From Harriotta raleighana (lineage: Eukaryota), in NCBI GenBank assembly GCA_050575255.1, contig JBNZDD010013610.1, positions 1,286,366 through 1,350,365 on the forward strand: a stretch of DNA of 64,000 nucleotides, in the 5' to 3' direction. The notes beneath the pieces were generated by a model, which saw only the letters and a program-made list of their open reading frames with translations, had not been told where the DNA came from and ran no database searches. Shown one piece after another: positions 37,481-50,415 of this stretch; the stretch's first letter is position 1, and each line of letters opens with the position of its first letter. The position numbers and the translations under genes are program-made.

Positions 37481-39077
37481 TAAGATCAGGTCATTTTGAG
37501 TCGACGAATGCAGCTGGGTTGATAACACACACAAAAAAAAATCCCTTGCAATTCTGTGCCATTATACAGGCCCTATACAGGCCCTGCTGATTTGCCCATG
37601 ACATGTCATTAACTTGATTTTGGTCTGTGTTTGGAAAAGTTGGGGGACAGTCTCCTGTTAAATCCAAGAATCGCACGTTTGCACAGTGTAGATTTTAATA
37701 TCTGGGAACCTAATGACCTGGCCTAGTAGCATACGTCAGCGCTAAACCACAAAGTAGCTACATCTGTTTTGGCTTTGTTCGAGATACTGAGGGAGGGGAA
37801 GCATTGCGTGGTCAGGGGCCAAACTGCATGTCATATTTCATTACCTTCATTAGCTGTTACAGAAGGGTCTATTATAAAGAGGATCGGAACCTCTGTTTAA
37901 AAAATAATTTCAACTTAGAAATCACAAAGTCAAGCACAAAATTGTTTGGGTAATGGAAAGATTATATTTTTTTCCGAAAACACTTTGGGTCTATGCTCTG
38001 TATTATTAGCTTGAATTGAAGGCACAATGCTAAAATGGATTCGGAGGTGTGTGTGTGTTTGCGTGTGTGTGAGAGAGAGAGAGAGAACATGGCATTGCAT
38101 GCTATAAGTATTGAACAATAAACTAGCTACTTGAATTTATTTTGTCATTGGCGTGTGTAGTGGCACAAAAAAAGCTCTTGATTTAAATTGTAATCAAGTA
38201 GCCAAATAAGTCATTAACCCTTGATTTTAGGGAGGGAGAATTGTTCAGAAGCAGACTTTGTAATTTGTTCCTAAGCCTCCAAATCGCCTTTTATTTATTG
38301 CTGCCATTTGCATGATAATTTTGAAACAAGCTGGGTTCTCCTTGGGGACGTGGGGGTGGGGGAGTTGGGGGGGCACAGTGGGAATCAGAAACGGGAGAGA
38401 AAGGATGCAGGGAGTTGTGTATGTATGGCGGGGTTGGGGGGTGGTTGGGTGGTGGGGGGGATTCCAAAGGAAATCTGTTGCGACTTACAGATATTAATTG
38501 TTTTTCAGCCAGTTGGACATTGCAACTTCTGCACACCTGTGATTTCCATGTCGATTTTTTCCACTCCTGTTTGATTGCTATCCCCCTCTCGTTTGATGTA
38601 TGAAATTTTTATAACTATTCTGCCAAAATTCATCACAGGCACAATGTTGGACGTTTGCCAATAATTTATAGCAGTAGTCTGTCAGAAGTGTTTGTGGGAA
38701 GGTCCATTACTAACTTGCTTGTTGTTATGGTTCCAGGAGAAGACAACACATCAATCACTGGCTGAAAGATCCCAAATGCTCATCAGATTTACAGCATAAT
38801 AAAATTACATTAAAGCGAAACTACCTGTAACTTATTCTGTAACTTGCTCGGCTCCCCCTAAAATGCTCGTTGAATACAATATTGCTGTGTCTTCATTTTG
38901 ACTCTCATCAGCTGGAGATTGGAGGGCTGAATACATCTTTAAATCAAGTGAGAGTGGCGTTTCGAGAGGGGTGGGGGTGGGGGTGAGGTGGTTGGGTAGC
39001 ATGAACCGTGCATTTAATTCAGTCTTGTTACTGTGTTTGCCTGAATCCCTTAGCAGCGCTGCCTCCCACGGTTCTCC

Positions 39078-39191
39078 CCACAAAACTCACTGTCATTTCA
39101 CTTTATAGTAGATAGTGCGAAGCGCTTTGAGACGTCTCAAAATCACGATAAGGCTCTGTATCAAATGCAAGAGGTATTATGATTATTATTA
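39078..39191 (+). mobile_element. SINE 3' fragment
   Basis: gaagcgctttgagacgtctcaaaatcacgataaggctctgtatcaaatgcaag...tattatt. Confidence 0.85.
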
Positions 39192-40195
39192 TCTGTAGAA
39201 AGCCTTACTCCCAGCATCGCAATTCCTGTTTTTTTGTAGATGAGACGTTTATGATTATCATTGTGTGGCGATGGGGGCATCGCAGATTAAAAAAAGAAAG
39301 GGAAAGTATTTTCAGTATTGATTGCTTTTCTGATCTTAGGCACCTTAAGGACTGAAAAGGATCCGGGGAATATAATAAGACCAGGGACACAAGCAGCACA
39401 GGGGGGCATGACCTTTATTTGCAATCATAGCCGAGATTTACAGTTTATTACTGATAGCTTTCATAAAGAGCCATTCAGTTCCGAGGTGAGTGGTTTGTCA
39501 TCTGGAAATGCAATTAACTTCATCCTTATCCCAATCCCTGGTCTAGATGTGAACAGTGCTCCAATAACATCACATTTTCCCTAATTTCATTTTATTCTCC
39601 TGGATCTATCCTTTGAGCATTAGTGGAGTTGCATAATTATTATCCATCCAAAATCACCTAAAAAAGGCACTTGTGAATATTTTTAAAATTGATTACACGA
39701 TTGTCTGGGATCATTGTAGCAGACACTTTCCTTTTCAATCATAAAAAGGGGGGTGGAGAAAAAAAGATCAGAAATAAACCCTCTGCAAGCTAATTTAAAA
39801 AAAATTCCATGCAGGTAAAAGAAATTAAGAGTTTGTGCGAAAGACAAAAAGAATGCCTGAGTGTTGGTAAAGTGACACACATGAAGGGAAGGGGTCAACG
39901 CTGTAATCTGCCAGCTCCCTCCCTGAAGCAATGTTCAGCTTTATGTATCTTTTCTGCCTGCTAAGCAGGTCTGTAAGAATTTAAAAGCCAGATTCAAATA
40001 GCCAATATGTTAGTATCTAAGCGAACCATTCATCTGTTAATCTAAAGTCAGAAGTGTTTTTTTTTACCAGAGGGGAAGAATTATTTTATTTTTGTGCAAA
40101 TGTTTCCATATTGTTTTGGGAAATAACTACCATTAATATTCACATTATCGAAAATAGCAAGTCTGTGACATGTTGCAAATGATACTAAATAAATA

Positions 40196-40282
40196 TTAAT
40201 CCTTTGAGAAGTCTCAAATCGCTTCGCAGAATATACCGTAAAGTGAATTGACTATAGTTTGTGGGCAAAATGCAGCAGTCCA
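40196..40282 (-). mobile_element. SINE 3' fragment
   Basis: tttgagaagtctcaaatcgcttcgcagaatataccgtaaagtgaattgactatagtttgtgggcaaaatgcagcag. Confidence 0.8.
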
Positions 40283-40897
40283 TTACACAGTCCAGTATAC
40301 ACGAAAAGTAAAATACTACCATTTCCGTTCAATTCATCAATCGAAATGCACTTTCGATTTCATAATTAAAAATCATTTACGACGCTTTATATTTGCCTTT
40401 TATATTAAAAAAAACCCTTTGCTTTTTAATTTTAACAGCTTTACTTAAATTCTAATACCTTTTCCAATTAAACCTTAAATTTGTCTGTTAAAGCAATCAG
40501 TAAGAAGCACTGAAACTCAAGACCATAAAAAGTGATTATAATTTGCTAATGTCTTAACTGAAATTGGATTTGATAGTTTTTTTTTGATAAGTTAATGAAG
40601 AATTGGCTGATCGTTGGAGTATTTTCATGTGTTTTTTTTGGTAGAAAGAACATTGAAATTTAGCATGGCACATATAATGCAGAACTGAGACGTCAGTGCA
40701 GAGTGCACAGGAATTTATCTTACATTAAGAATTCGTAATCCCTCCATTAAAATATGTTCCAGTCTATCATTTTGGCTATCAGTAAAATAAACTAGATAGG
40801 TTATATTCTTTGAGTATTATTCTCCTTTCATCTATTTGACAGTGCTTTGCCAATGAAATATTGCAAGTCTTGTGTATAGTACTGGTTTTACTGGTGA

Positions 40898-41008
40898 TAA
40901 TACCAACAGTAATCCATGCATTTGACATAGAGCCTTTCATGTTAGGAGGACATCTCAAAGTCCTTCACGGATTGGGCAATTGTAGCAGCTAATCTGTGTA
41001 CAGCACAA
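40898..41008 (-). mobile_element. SINE/L2 tail fragment
   Basis: taatccatgcatttgacatagagcctttcatgttaggaggacatctcaaagtccttcac. Confidence 0.7.
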
Positions 41009-41929
41009 TTTTATTGATGAGAAGTAAAAGTAAAAATACAGTGCCTCTGAACATGTTAATATTCAGTGATTGCTTTGTTACTAATAACAAGGCCATGGTT
41101 TCTAAATAGTGTAAGTTTTGCGAGCCTAGCAGTGCTGGTGCTTGAATGCCAGACTACTTTTTGCATTGATTTGCTTTCCAGACACCCAGTCAGGTCCCAA
41201 CTTCAATGCCATTCAGTGGGTGAGCTCTGTGGGGTTATCAGTGGATGAATTGTATTTTCGGAGAGGGCAAGATCAGTGTAGCTCTGTTCACTGCCTCTTG
41301 GTTGATGGAGAATGCAGACCCCTGTTTTTCAAGTTCGAAAAGGCAACAGGGAAGGTGCCAGGCCAGTTGTGATAATATAATGTAGCAAATTGCCAGTAGA
41401 GAGGAATGATGCATTTTGTGAATAACGTTTCCCACCTGAATACTCAAAAGCGGCTTTCAGAGCAAAGCCCCGACATGACTGGGATGGAGATTATAAATGC
41501 ATTGATCTCAAACATGTGTGTTTGTTTTTTTTTATGAGCTGACCTGTTAAAAATGCTATTATATGAGGTAATTAGAAACTGCTCTATTTTTTTCACACCT
41601 CCAACGACATTAAAAGATACACATGTGGGATGCCTGCAGGGGTTCCATTGAGGTGAATTTCTTGCGAGGCACACAACAAATAGCCAAAATACTGTGATGT
41701 TTTATTGCTCGGGCACCTCGTTTGGGAAATATTTCAGACTTTTTTTTGGACGGAGAGAACGTTCCAGATCACGTGCTCGACAGAATTGCTGAATGAGATT
41801 GAAAATCAATGACTGAAAAGTTTCAAAGGCTGAAGTGCCGGAACCTCAATGTTAATTCAAGCAGCACTGGGGTGTTAAACACAAGCTGTGAAATATTACC
41901 CATTCAGCACTTTTCTTCGTGAATAAAAA

Positions 41930-42340
41930 GAACAGATTGGGCAGGACATTAAATGTCTATTTCAGCCCATCTAGCCTGTTCCCAAAATTAGAAAAATACC
42001 ATAAAATCTTGGGTTTATCTTTATCCTCCAGGATCTTCAATGCTTCACTAAGATCTCCTCTTCCCCTTTTCTCCAACAGAAACATTGCCATTTTCTACTG
42101 CCTTTCCTCACAGCTCACGTCAGTAATCCCAAATATCAATGGAGTTGACCTTTGCAGTACACCCCATGTCATGGTGCCCACACCATTATTTGTGACTAAA
42201 AACATACCCGGTACACTTAAGTGGGGCCAAACCAATCCTTTCAATAAGCTTGTTATGTCTTGCTCACAGTTTTTGCTCTGTCCCACTGACTGCTCAAGTG
42301 AACATCATGTTTGCTTTCCCCACTATACGCTCTACTGCTA
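41930..42340 (-). mobile_element. CR1 LINE ORF2 3' remnant
   Basis: Minus translation AVERIVGKANMMF...EQDITSLLKGLVWPHL resembles CR1 VxKANxML...EVMLxLYKxLVRPHLEY. The 3' terminus-like tatttcagcccatctagcctgttc lies at ~41960. Confidence 0.7.
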
Positions 42341-42769
42341 GTTCTAGTGGGAATTTTGATTCTGGAAAATTAATGATTGTTGCGTAGCTGATAAATGTGA
42401 ATTTTTGAATGGGGTTGGGAAGTATTTACTTTTTTATAGAAAAGAATAACAGATTGATCAAATAAAGCTACTGAAAGTACAACAGGATTGTAAGTGAAAT
42501 GACATCAGGAAGACTTGCGTTCAGAGATTTCCCAAATCACTGCTTTTTAAAAATTTCTAGATCATTTGTTCAAGTCTACAGCCTCTTATATATCTCAGGA
42601 TTATTGTTATTAACAGTCTTTTTAGTGGGTACAGATACAATCAACCAGTTAGTCTGATTTGTGTAAGTGTGTATTCTTAATTGAGTAATGTTTTAGATTC
42701 CGTATTTTATATTTTCATCTGGTTACTCTGGTAGACTTTCTGTAAATGTGGTTTGAATCATAAAATGAG

Positions 42770-42937
42770 AATTACATTTGATGTAGCACCTTATCACCAA
42801 TTTTTTTTTGGTGGGGTGGAGGTTGTTGATCAAGACACTGGGAGAAACTTCCTTCTCATTTTGAATAGTACCGTAGCATCTTTTACATACGGTTTGAGTA
42901 GGCAGAAGGGATCTCAGTTTAACACCTCAATCAAAGA
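42770..42937 (-). mobile_element. Long DeuSINE-type fragment
   Basis: catttgatgtagcaccttatcacc...caagacactgggagaaacttccttctcattttgaatagtaccgtagcatctttta...ctcagtttaacacctca. Confidence 0.7.
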
Positions 42938-43695
42938 AAAGCCATAGATGAACAGCGATTAAAAAAACTGTTCCGATATTCAAAAAAGAAAGCCAGGTAC
43001 AATAAGGCACAGTTTAAAAACATTATTGACCACTGAAGCCATTCATAAACTTGTTTGTTATTGGAAAATATTTCCTGTGTTTCGCAAGTGGAAGCTAAGG
43101 TATATCTTAACTGTTTACCAGAAATATTGTGGGCTAGTATTACACATTCTAACTATATTGTGCTTTAGGCAAGAAGCCAAAGAGGCACATCAGCAGCTAG
43201 GACAAATAAAACATGTTCTATATCCTCGGACCACTGCCTCTTTCACCCCTGACTGTTGTGATCTTATAAATCGCTACTGGAGAGAAATTCCGTCTAGGTC
43301 TGGATTTACTTCATCTTTGAGAGCAGTTCAGACTGCACGGGATTTGCCAACTTGTTCACTTTGAAGTCGTTTTTCGGGTATTTTCTTAAAAGAACTTGCA
43401 GAAAACCAGTTTCAAAATTTAAGCTGCAATCTGGACCTGGGTGGTATCTCTCTCTCTCTCTCTCTCCCTTTCTCTACACGTGATCAAAATGCATACAATT
43501 AAATTCTAAATATTAGGAGCATCTGAAATGCATTATGATTTGGTGATTCGCAGCTTGATCTAAGCAACCTCGTTTCAATATTTTAATGCCGGGAATGGTG
43601 AAAAATTTGCAATTCTGAGGTCATTGGAGGATTTAAGAAACTGAACCCTGTAAATTGATAGACAAATGTATCATTGGACTGCACTACAGCAACTG

Positions 43696-43802
43696 AATAA
43701 TAATAATAATAATAATCCTTGCATTTGATGTGGTGCCTTATCACGTCTTTGAGATGTTTCAAAGTGTATCACTGTAAAGGCGATTCACTGTGTATTTTGT
43801 GG
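43696..43802 (-). mobile_element. SINE 3' fragment with (AAT)n tail
   Basis: (aat)6-ccttgcatttgatgtggtgccttatcacgtctttgagatgtttcaaag. Confidence 0.85.
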
Positions 43803-44009
43803 ATGATGCTGAAGACCTTAAACACCAAAGAAGAATCTACAGTTGGGAACAATCTTCCCTGAGAGATTGCCAGTGAATTGAGCAGCAAGGATGATATTGT
43901 ACAGTCTATTTTCTTCCGTTCTCCCAGCTCTCTACCCTCGAAAGGGGCTTTCTCCCCCAGTCAACAATCATTTTGATTTAAGATTCTTGTAATGTTAATC
44001 TGTTGACGT

Positions 44010-44080
44010 CTTTCTCTTGCAGATACCGAGTCACCTGCTGCGGATTTTCAGTATTTTCTGTATTTATTTCAAATTTCCAT
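44010..44080 (+). mobile_element. Possible Penelope-like terminal fragment
   Basis: cagataccgagtcacctgctgcggattttcagtattttctgtatttatttcaaatttcca resembles the abundant shark repeat end cagatgctgcctgacctgctgagtatttccagcattttctgttttt (recalled, not searched). Confidence 0.4.
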
Positions 44081-45074
44081 AGGTTTTTGTTTTAGTTTTG
44101 CGAGGTTGCAATGACTTTATATTTCCACAGAAACTTTATATTTCCGCGGAAATTCCACTCGGGTTTAAGAATTGCTGTATTAATCCAGGCTTAATTTTGA
44201 AGACAGTTTTCTGTAAATCTCTGTCAAGAATTACAGGGGGAAAAAATAACTTCAAAGTTAAGACTGAATTCAACAACCTGCCAAATTCTGGGTACTCTGA
44301 TATGCTACGTAAGTATAGTAAATCTAGACCTGGCTGAAATTTCTTCTCATTTGTATTTAAATCGAAACATAGGATTTAGGAACAGGAAAAAATTGTTTTG
44401 GCCCATTGTGTATTGCTTGAGTTTTACCTTTCACTCTCTCTCTTTCTCTTTCTCACTGTATCCTGACACCCATTGATTTCATAATGCGGTAATTGCCCTT
44501 ACACCTATTTGGGGGTATTTTAAGTTTAAAGAAAGTTAAATTTAACAGGATCTTAAAAACGCCGTAATCTAATTTTAAAAGTTTATATGATATGACGATT
44601 ATTAACAATAATTCAGTGTATAACATAAGAACTGCATGGGCTATTTAGAAACAGTTAATTGGATCCTCTGCTATTCTGTGCGAGTTTAAATGAAAGTACT
44701 TTTCTTTCAAAATCACAAAATGCTAATTATAAAAATGCTGAGGCACAAAATGTACACCAAGATCTGTTTTAATAGCTACAATACATCATTACCTCACAGT
44801 AGATAATAATTTCATTTGCTTCCAAAAATTGGAACCCTGCTTCTAAATGCATGTGATATGGCTTTTGGAATCACTTGCTCAAAAATAGAGAAGCAAATCT
44901 GTTTATTTGCAATTTGGCTGAACTATTGATTTTTGTTTTCCGACTATGTTCAATTCTTTGAAATGTATTCAGTTTGTAGGAAACTCTTGGCTTCCTTAGC
45001 ATGAGATTGCGTTGGCTACATCTTGAAACAGAGTGAAAGAGCATCTGAGTTTTGTGCTGTTAATATTGCACAAT

Positions 45075-45280
45075 ACAATTTATATTTATTCAGTGCCTTT
45101 CATGTCGGGAGAACGTTTCAGTGCTTCAAAGTGATGAATCAGCACCTGAGCAGGGGGTGGGACCTGAGGTTTGGGTAAAGGAAGGGAAAGATGACCGAAA
45201 TGATGGAGATGAAAGCATGTGTTTTTGGTAAGAATTGTTTTGCAGGTGGTGGGGATGGGGCGTGGGTTATGGGGAAGAGG
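45075..45280 (-). mobile_element. L2 3' end remnant
   Basis: tatatttattcagtgccttttcatgtcgggagaacgtttcagtgcttc followed by a purine-rich reverse 3'UTR. Confidence 0.55.
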
Positions 45281-45489
45281 ACTGATCCATCAAGTTCCCT
45301 CTAAATCCAACCCCTAACAGTCTGCAAATTCAGTTTCCAAGCCTTAAAGTACCCTTCTAATTTTATGTAATGTTATTTTATGACGTTCAAAAAATTAATT
45401 TATTGTTGATACCTTTTAGGGAGGAGGGGGGGCATTTCTTGAGGTTTTTTTTTACATATTTTCATTTCTCTCTCTTCCCCCCCTCCCCA

Positions 45490-45789
45490 CCCAGGCTGCT
45501 CCCAACGCACCTCAACCTCCAATTTGGAGGATGAAATGGTCTGGGCCACAGACACCTCTCTGAGCACTACATCACTGCACATGAGGCACAGTCGAAGCAG
45601 GTCAAGATGGATTATTTCGTTCCCATGAGATATGAGCTGGTTAATCTGGCCAAGACCTAATGGCACTCACCTGACCTGAGGTAGGTGGATTCGAGAGATA
45701 GATTGAGTCTGGGACTCGGACTCGAACCAGCAAACTTTTTGATCAACTGGCAAGCAATCTGCTGCTTGCCACAGCCATCCTGACCCCCC
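45490..45789 (-). mobile_element. Ancient tRNA(Leu)-headed SINE-like / Pol III-like element
   Basis: The minus strand begins GTCAGGATGGC, the 5' end of vertebrate tRNA-Leu CAA/CAG, and has a consensus B box GGTTCGAGTCC (45718-45728). It has no cloverleaf. Confidence 0.5.
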
Positions 45790-45992
45790 TTTATTCCTAG
45801 TTCATTTTCATATACCAGGTCTTTGTATATAGTTCATTCTTTACGTTGTATGTAAATCTGCAGTTGTCATACTATTCATATACTGTATTAGTTACCTTTT
45901 CATTTCTCAATGATCTCAAGCGACTTATGCTATGAGTCCTTAGTCCATTGGCTAGCCTTTTCGCTTTGAGTGAAGTTATAACTCTTTTTGCT

Positions 45993-46084
45993 TCCAAAAT
46001 ACACAGTCAATCAGCTTGACAGAATATTCTGTGAACCGCTTTGAGACGTCTCAATGGCACGATAAAATGAAAGGATTATTATTT
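45993..46084 (+). mobile_element. SINE 3' fragment
   Basis: caaaatacacagtcaatc...tattctgtgaaccgctttgagacgtctcaatggcacgataa...aggattattatt. Confidence 0.85.
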
Positions 46085-47179
46085 TCATTACGTATTTTTT
46101 ACAAATTTATAAACAATGGATGTTCATTTCTTAGTTGTTAGCTATCTTGTTGGCTTCTGAGGCCTGGTAGTGTGAATGTCTACCATCTTTCTCATGTTGT
46201 CCTTTTCCAGTTGTACCATCATAGAACACAGACACATTCTTTTCCCACTGGACCACCAGGGAATAGAGATGTAATCTGGATGTAAAGTGAATAAGAAAGA
46301 GCTTGCGGTCCTCCTTAGAGATTTTTCTTCCACGCATGTTTTTGGTCCTTTGGTTACATAGTAAAATCAGGAACAAGGTAAAACACAATTTACTGTATAT
46401 AGTCTACATCGATCTTTTTGTTTGCAATAGATCTGACCTTTAACTAACTTCCATTGTTGATAAAGAAAAAATCAATGTTCCTTTTGGGTGAAAGATGCCA
46501 AGTGGAAGTAACCTACGTGGATAGAGAAGAGTATTATCTCTGTATGTTTTTATGAATGGTGGGCAACTTAACCATTGTGTTCCTTATTTGTGTCGATAAG
46601 TATACAGGAACAAGCTTGTGTGTGTAAAAAAAAACATTGGGGCAAGTTTAACTACTTATGATGCTTTAGTGAAGACAAGCAAACCAAGTCACAATGAGCA
46701 AGACAATCGTTCCTGTGTTCTGGCATAATTTCAGAAATATTTCAACGTCTTCAATAAGTGAAGTCATTCAATGTATTCAGACTGAGTGTAGCCAGAGCTT
46801 TTGTTTGTGTTTGAGCCACTCTCTAGTGAATTGCACTGTAATTCTTGATGATCCGCCTATGGTAGTTTCCTGTACGACTGTGGGGAGAAATAGATGTTTT
46901 ACTTGGGCCCCGCTCCCTTCGAGAAGTGATTCATTTTTCACTCCCTCCTAATGTACAAGAAAATAATTGATTTGACCTCAACGACCATAATCGATTCACA
47001 TCTTGGCAACTTTCTCTTGCCCTGCTTGCAAGCAGGAAAAATCAGGGTGTCCCCTCTCAGAAGCTTGATATCTTTTACTAATCACATCAAATCTGAGTAA
47101 TCTGGTAGCGTTTGATTTGATTTTTGTATACCGTTGTCTGTACGGTAACTTTAGTAGAATTTACATGATGAACTTGTTA

Positions 47180-47182
<3 letters not shown>

Positions 47183-47210
<28 letters not shown>
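47183..47210. repeat. (TTA)n microsatellite
   Basis: Read directly from the sequence. Confidence 0.9.
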
Positions 47211-47212
<2 letters not shown>

Positions 47213-47409
47213 GAACTTGAGGAATCAAGCAATCTTCCAGCAAGTGAACAGCAAGCATTCTGGGACTCTCCCTTGTGTGAGGGGCGTTATTAAAATGCTC
47301 GTCATTGTTGCAAACGCAGATCGCATTATGAACTGTAAGGGGACAAACTAAAGGGAACTGCCTATTTTAATAAATAAATTCCAAGATATAAAACTGTTTC
47401 TTCTTCACT

Positions 47410-47565
47410 CAGACAGTCAGGTTCTACTCTTCCAGGCAGGACGAAACATTGGGCAAGTTTCTGCCTAACTCCACACACCTGATAATAATCCCTAAAAAAA
47501 ACACAATAATAAATTGTTCATTTCAATCCACAACTGTTTGTGTGACACTGTTGTGCCCAATTGGC
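47410..47565 (+). mobile_element. Short-type SINE, 5'/middle part, 3' truncated
   Basis: caggcaggacgaaacattgggcaagtttctgcctaactccacacacctgataataatccctaaaaaaaa...tcatttcaatccacaactgtttgtg aligns with 37220-37350. Confidence 0.8.
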
Positions 47566-49109
47566 CTGGAAGAGTCAGGGGCTGGTGACTACTGGATAAT
47601 GTACTCCAGGGCAATGGGTTGGAGCTAATGCAGGGGAAGCACTCACACCATTCTTTGTCATGCACCTCAGTGTTAGAACATGTATACAATACCTTGTCTG
47701 TAATCTCAGGGCAGCTGCAGGAATTAATACAAACACCTGCCGCTTGGCCCAAGGCTGCCGACCAGATGGTATAGGGCTGAGCATTGCCAGCAACCTTGGT
47801 GCGGTGAATAGGCTCAAAACCATCTCAAAACCCTCCACGCTGTAGGGTGGGGGGAAATCAAACACACTAAAACACACAAGTTCAGCTTCAAAGATGTTGT
47901 GCAAAAGTGAATTGAGTTATTGGGTGCATTTTGTATTTGACCAAAGGTTCCGCTTGAGAGGGCTGCAGGTTTTTATTAAAATGAATGCTAGACCTACCCT
48001 AAACTCTAAATGAAGACATTTGTGTATGTGACCTATCATACCATTGGTAACTGCACATGAATATACAGTATAATGTCGGTGAAATGGCAGATGTACAGTC
48101 TATGGGGAGTTTCTGTATACTGAAGGGTTGAATCGCAGTCAAGTTGGAGGCTGGATACCTGTCTATGCTGTAACTAATTCTGAAGGTTAATGCTGATGGT
48201 TACATTCCTCTAAATTATCAAACTGGAGAATTAATGGCCGGGACTGGAGGGATCTCCTAGGTGAAGCTACCAATCCCTCCCTGAAGAGGAAACAGTATCA
48301 TTTATAAACAGGACATTTTGAGCAGCTGGCATGAACCCAGTAATATTCAGTGCTTAAGTGAATTATGTGAGGAGCTTTACAGATTCAAGGTACAGAATTC
48401 ATGATGAACCCATGCAAGAACTCTATTGTCTTGCCAAAGCTGCAAATGATGATAAATCCTTAGCGATACTGATTGAATTATTGAATTAGATTAAGTAATA
48501 ACTGCTGTAATGAAGTTTAAAAAAACGCACAATTTTATTTTATTTTTAAAAAAACTAATCACAAAATTGCCTTTCTGTTTAATATTTATGAGTAATAATT
48601 TATGCCAATATGTTTTGCATTTTGTAGGGAGAACAATGATATTTATCATCAAACTATAAAGACCATGCATCATACATCTCCGTCTCATTAGTTAGTTTCT
48701 AATTTGCAGATGAACAAATGGGGTCTATGCCCAACATAAGCACAGAACATAACTTGGTTGGCACATTGGTAAGTATTGCAACCAGAGGATGTATTTCAGG
48801 AGGGAAGGGAAAGATAGAGAGGAACAGCAAAATATGTTTTTCAGATACCTTACTTGAAGTCAGCCACCAATTTTAATTGGGGCATCATTAGTCAGAAAGA
48901 ACTGCTGTTTATACTTGTCCAACACAATAAATGTTCTTTATTATCTGAATACATCTTGACTTATTAATTAAATCAAGAAATATTCTCTCAATAAAAAAAT
49001 TGAAACCACATCTCCAGTCGAACAGAGACGATGCAGACTCATGCGAATGTTTGAGGGTGGGTGGAGGGAGGGGGGTGGGGTGCACTTCTTGACGGTCCTG
49101 CGAGCCACA

Positions 49110-49310
49110 GGTTGGCCCTCACTGGTTTAAAGTCTCACCGAAAGCATAGCACCTCCAATGATGAAGCACCTTCCCGGGGACTATATTGGAGTGTTAATTC
49201 ACACTGAGTTTAAAATCCCAACCTCTGACGCAGAAGTGACAGTGCTACCACAACTTGCATTTATATCGCGCCCTCCATGCTGGGCAGCAACTCAAAGCGC
49301 CTAACAATGG
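49110..49310 (-). mobile_element. DeuSINE head fragment abutting an L2-type tail
   Basis: ggtttaaagtctcaccgaaagcatagcacctcc...aacctctgacgcagaagtgacagtgctacca, then acaacttgcatttatatcgcgcc...caaagcgc. Confidence 0.6.
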
Positions 49311-49980
49311 TGGAGCCCGAGGCCGAGCCAGGGGGAGGGTGAGTGTTACTACTTTGAGTAATGCCGACATCTGAGCTGAATAGGTTAAATTTCCATCAGT
49401 ACTTACTAACCACGACTATGGCAAACTCCAAACAGACAGCCAACTAATGAAGATACAGTACTTGAAAAATTGCCATCACCATTTCTGCTGCAGAGATTTC
49501 TATTAATCCAATTATCTCTCAGTTCTGAGTGAGGAAAGATCGAGATAAGTGAATAATTTTACCTCTCTCTCCCTTCCCATCTCTCATGACCCAGCCGTAG
49601 TCTTATAAATATCTTTCGCTGACCTTGAATGAATTTCAAAAATAATGGATTACTCGTAATAACCATTTTAATTACTTGTAATAACAATTATAATAGAGAG
49701 CAAGTTTTGTGACTCGGAAGGTTCACCTGGTTCTGATCAAGAATTCACAGTTTTCTCTGTTCAAAACTAATCTTAAACTTGATCCTTGGTGAAATGGGAG
49801 ACAAACTTGGGAGTAGTTGTAATCTTTATATGAAAAAAATCTGACATGTGAGATGGTTTAAAAGACCAACAGAATATTAATGCACTTTACTAAAGATTCA
49901 TTGACATTATTTAAAGGACTACAGAGATTTATGGTTTTGGGGGTCTGCAAGCAGTTTTGGATATAATAAAACAGTGGGTA

Positions 49981-50415
49981 ACAATAATAATAATTCTTGC
50001 ATTTGACATTCTACCTGATCATGTCATTGATGTCTCAAAGCGCTTCATGGGATTTACGGTAAGGTATTGTGACTGCGTAGGTAAACTATGCACTACATAG
50101 CGCACAGCAATGTCCCACCAACAGCCATGAAATGAATGACAAATTTTATCTGGGGGATTGTTGGCCAGGGCAGAGGGAGAGATTCTCTTCACTTTTTGAA
50201 TAGCGCATTTGCGAATTTGCTTTGACATCCACCTGAACAGGCAGACAGGACCTTGATTTAATGTCTCATCTGAAAGATGGCACCTCCAACCATGTTGTGC
50301 TCATCTGCCAGCACTGCACTGGTGTGTCCACCTGAACTAGGAGCTGATAAGTCCTGACATCGGGCTTGAACCCACAAAATTCTGGCCTCAAACAGACTGA
50401 CATTTAGATGAGAAC
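49981..50415 (-). mobile_element. Near full-length long DeuSINE-type SINE
   Basis: Reverse tail aataataataattcttgcatttgac, core gcgcacagcaatgtcccaccaacag...tttaatgtctcatctgaaagatggcacctcc, reverse B box ggcttgaaccc (~50363-50373). Confidence 0.85.

Noticed and set aside
41919-42341. Longest ORF (140 aa, + strand) as a gene
   Set aside because: It is the antisense frame of a decayed CR1 ORF2 remnant.
46690-46900. Possible very old CR1 RT remnant on the minus strand (REWLKHKQK ~ NWLxxRKQR)
   Set aside because: Similarity is too weak to support by eye; it needs a translated HMM search.
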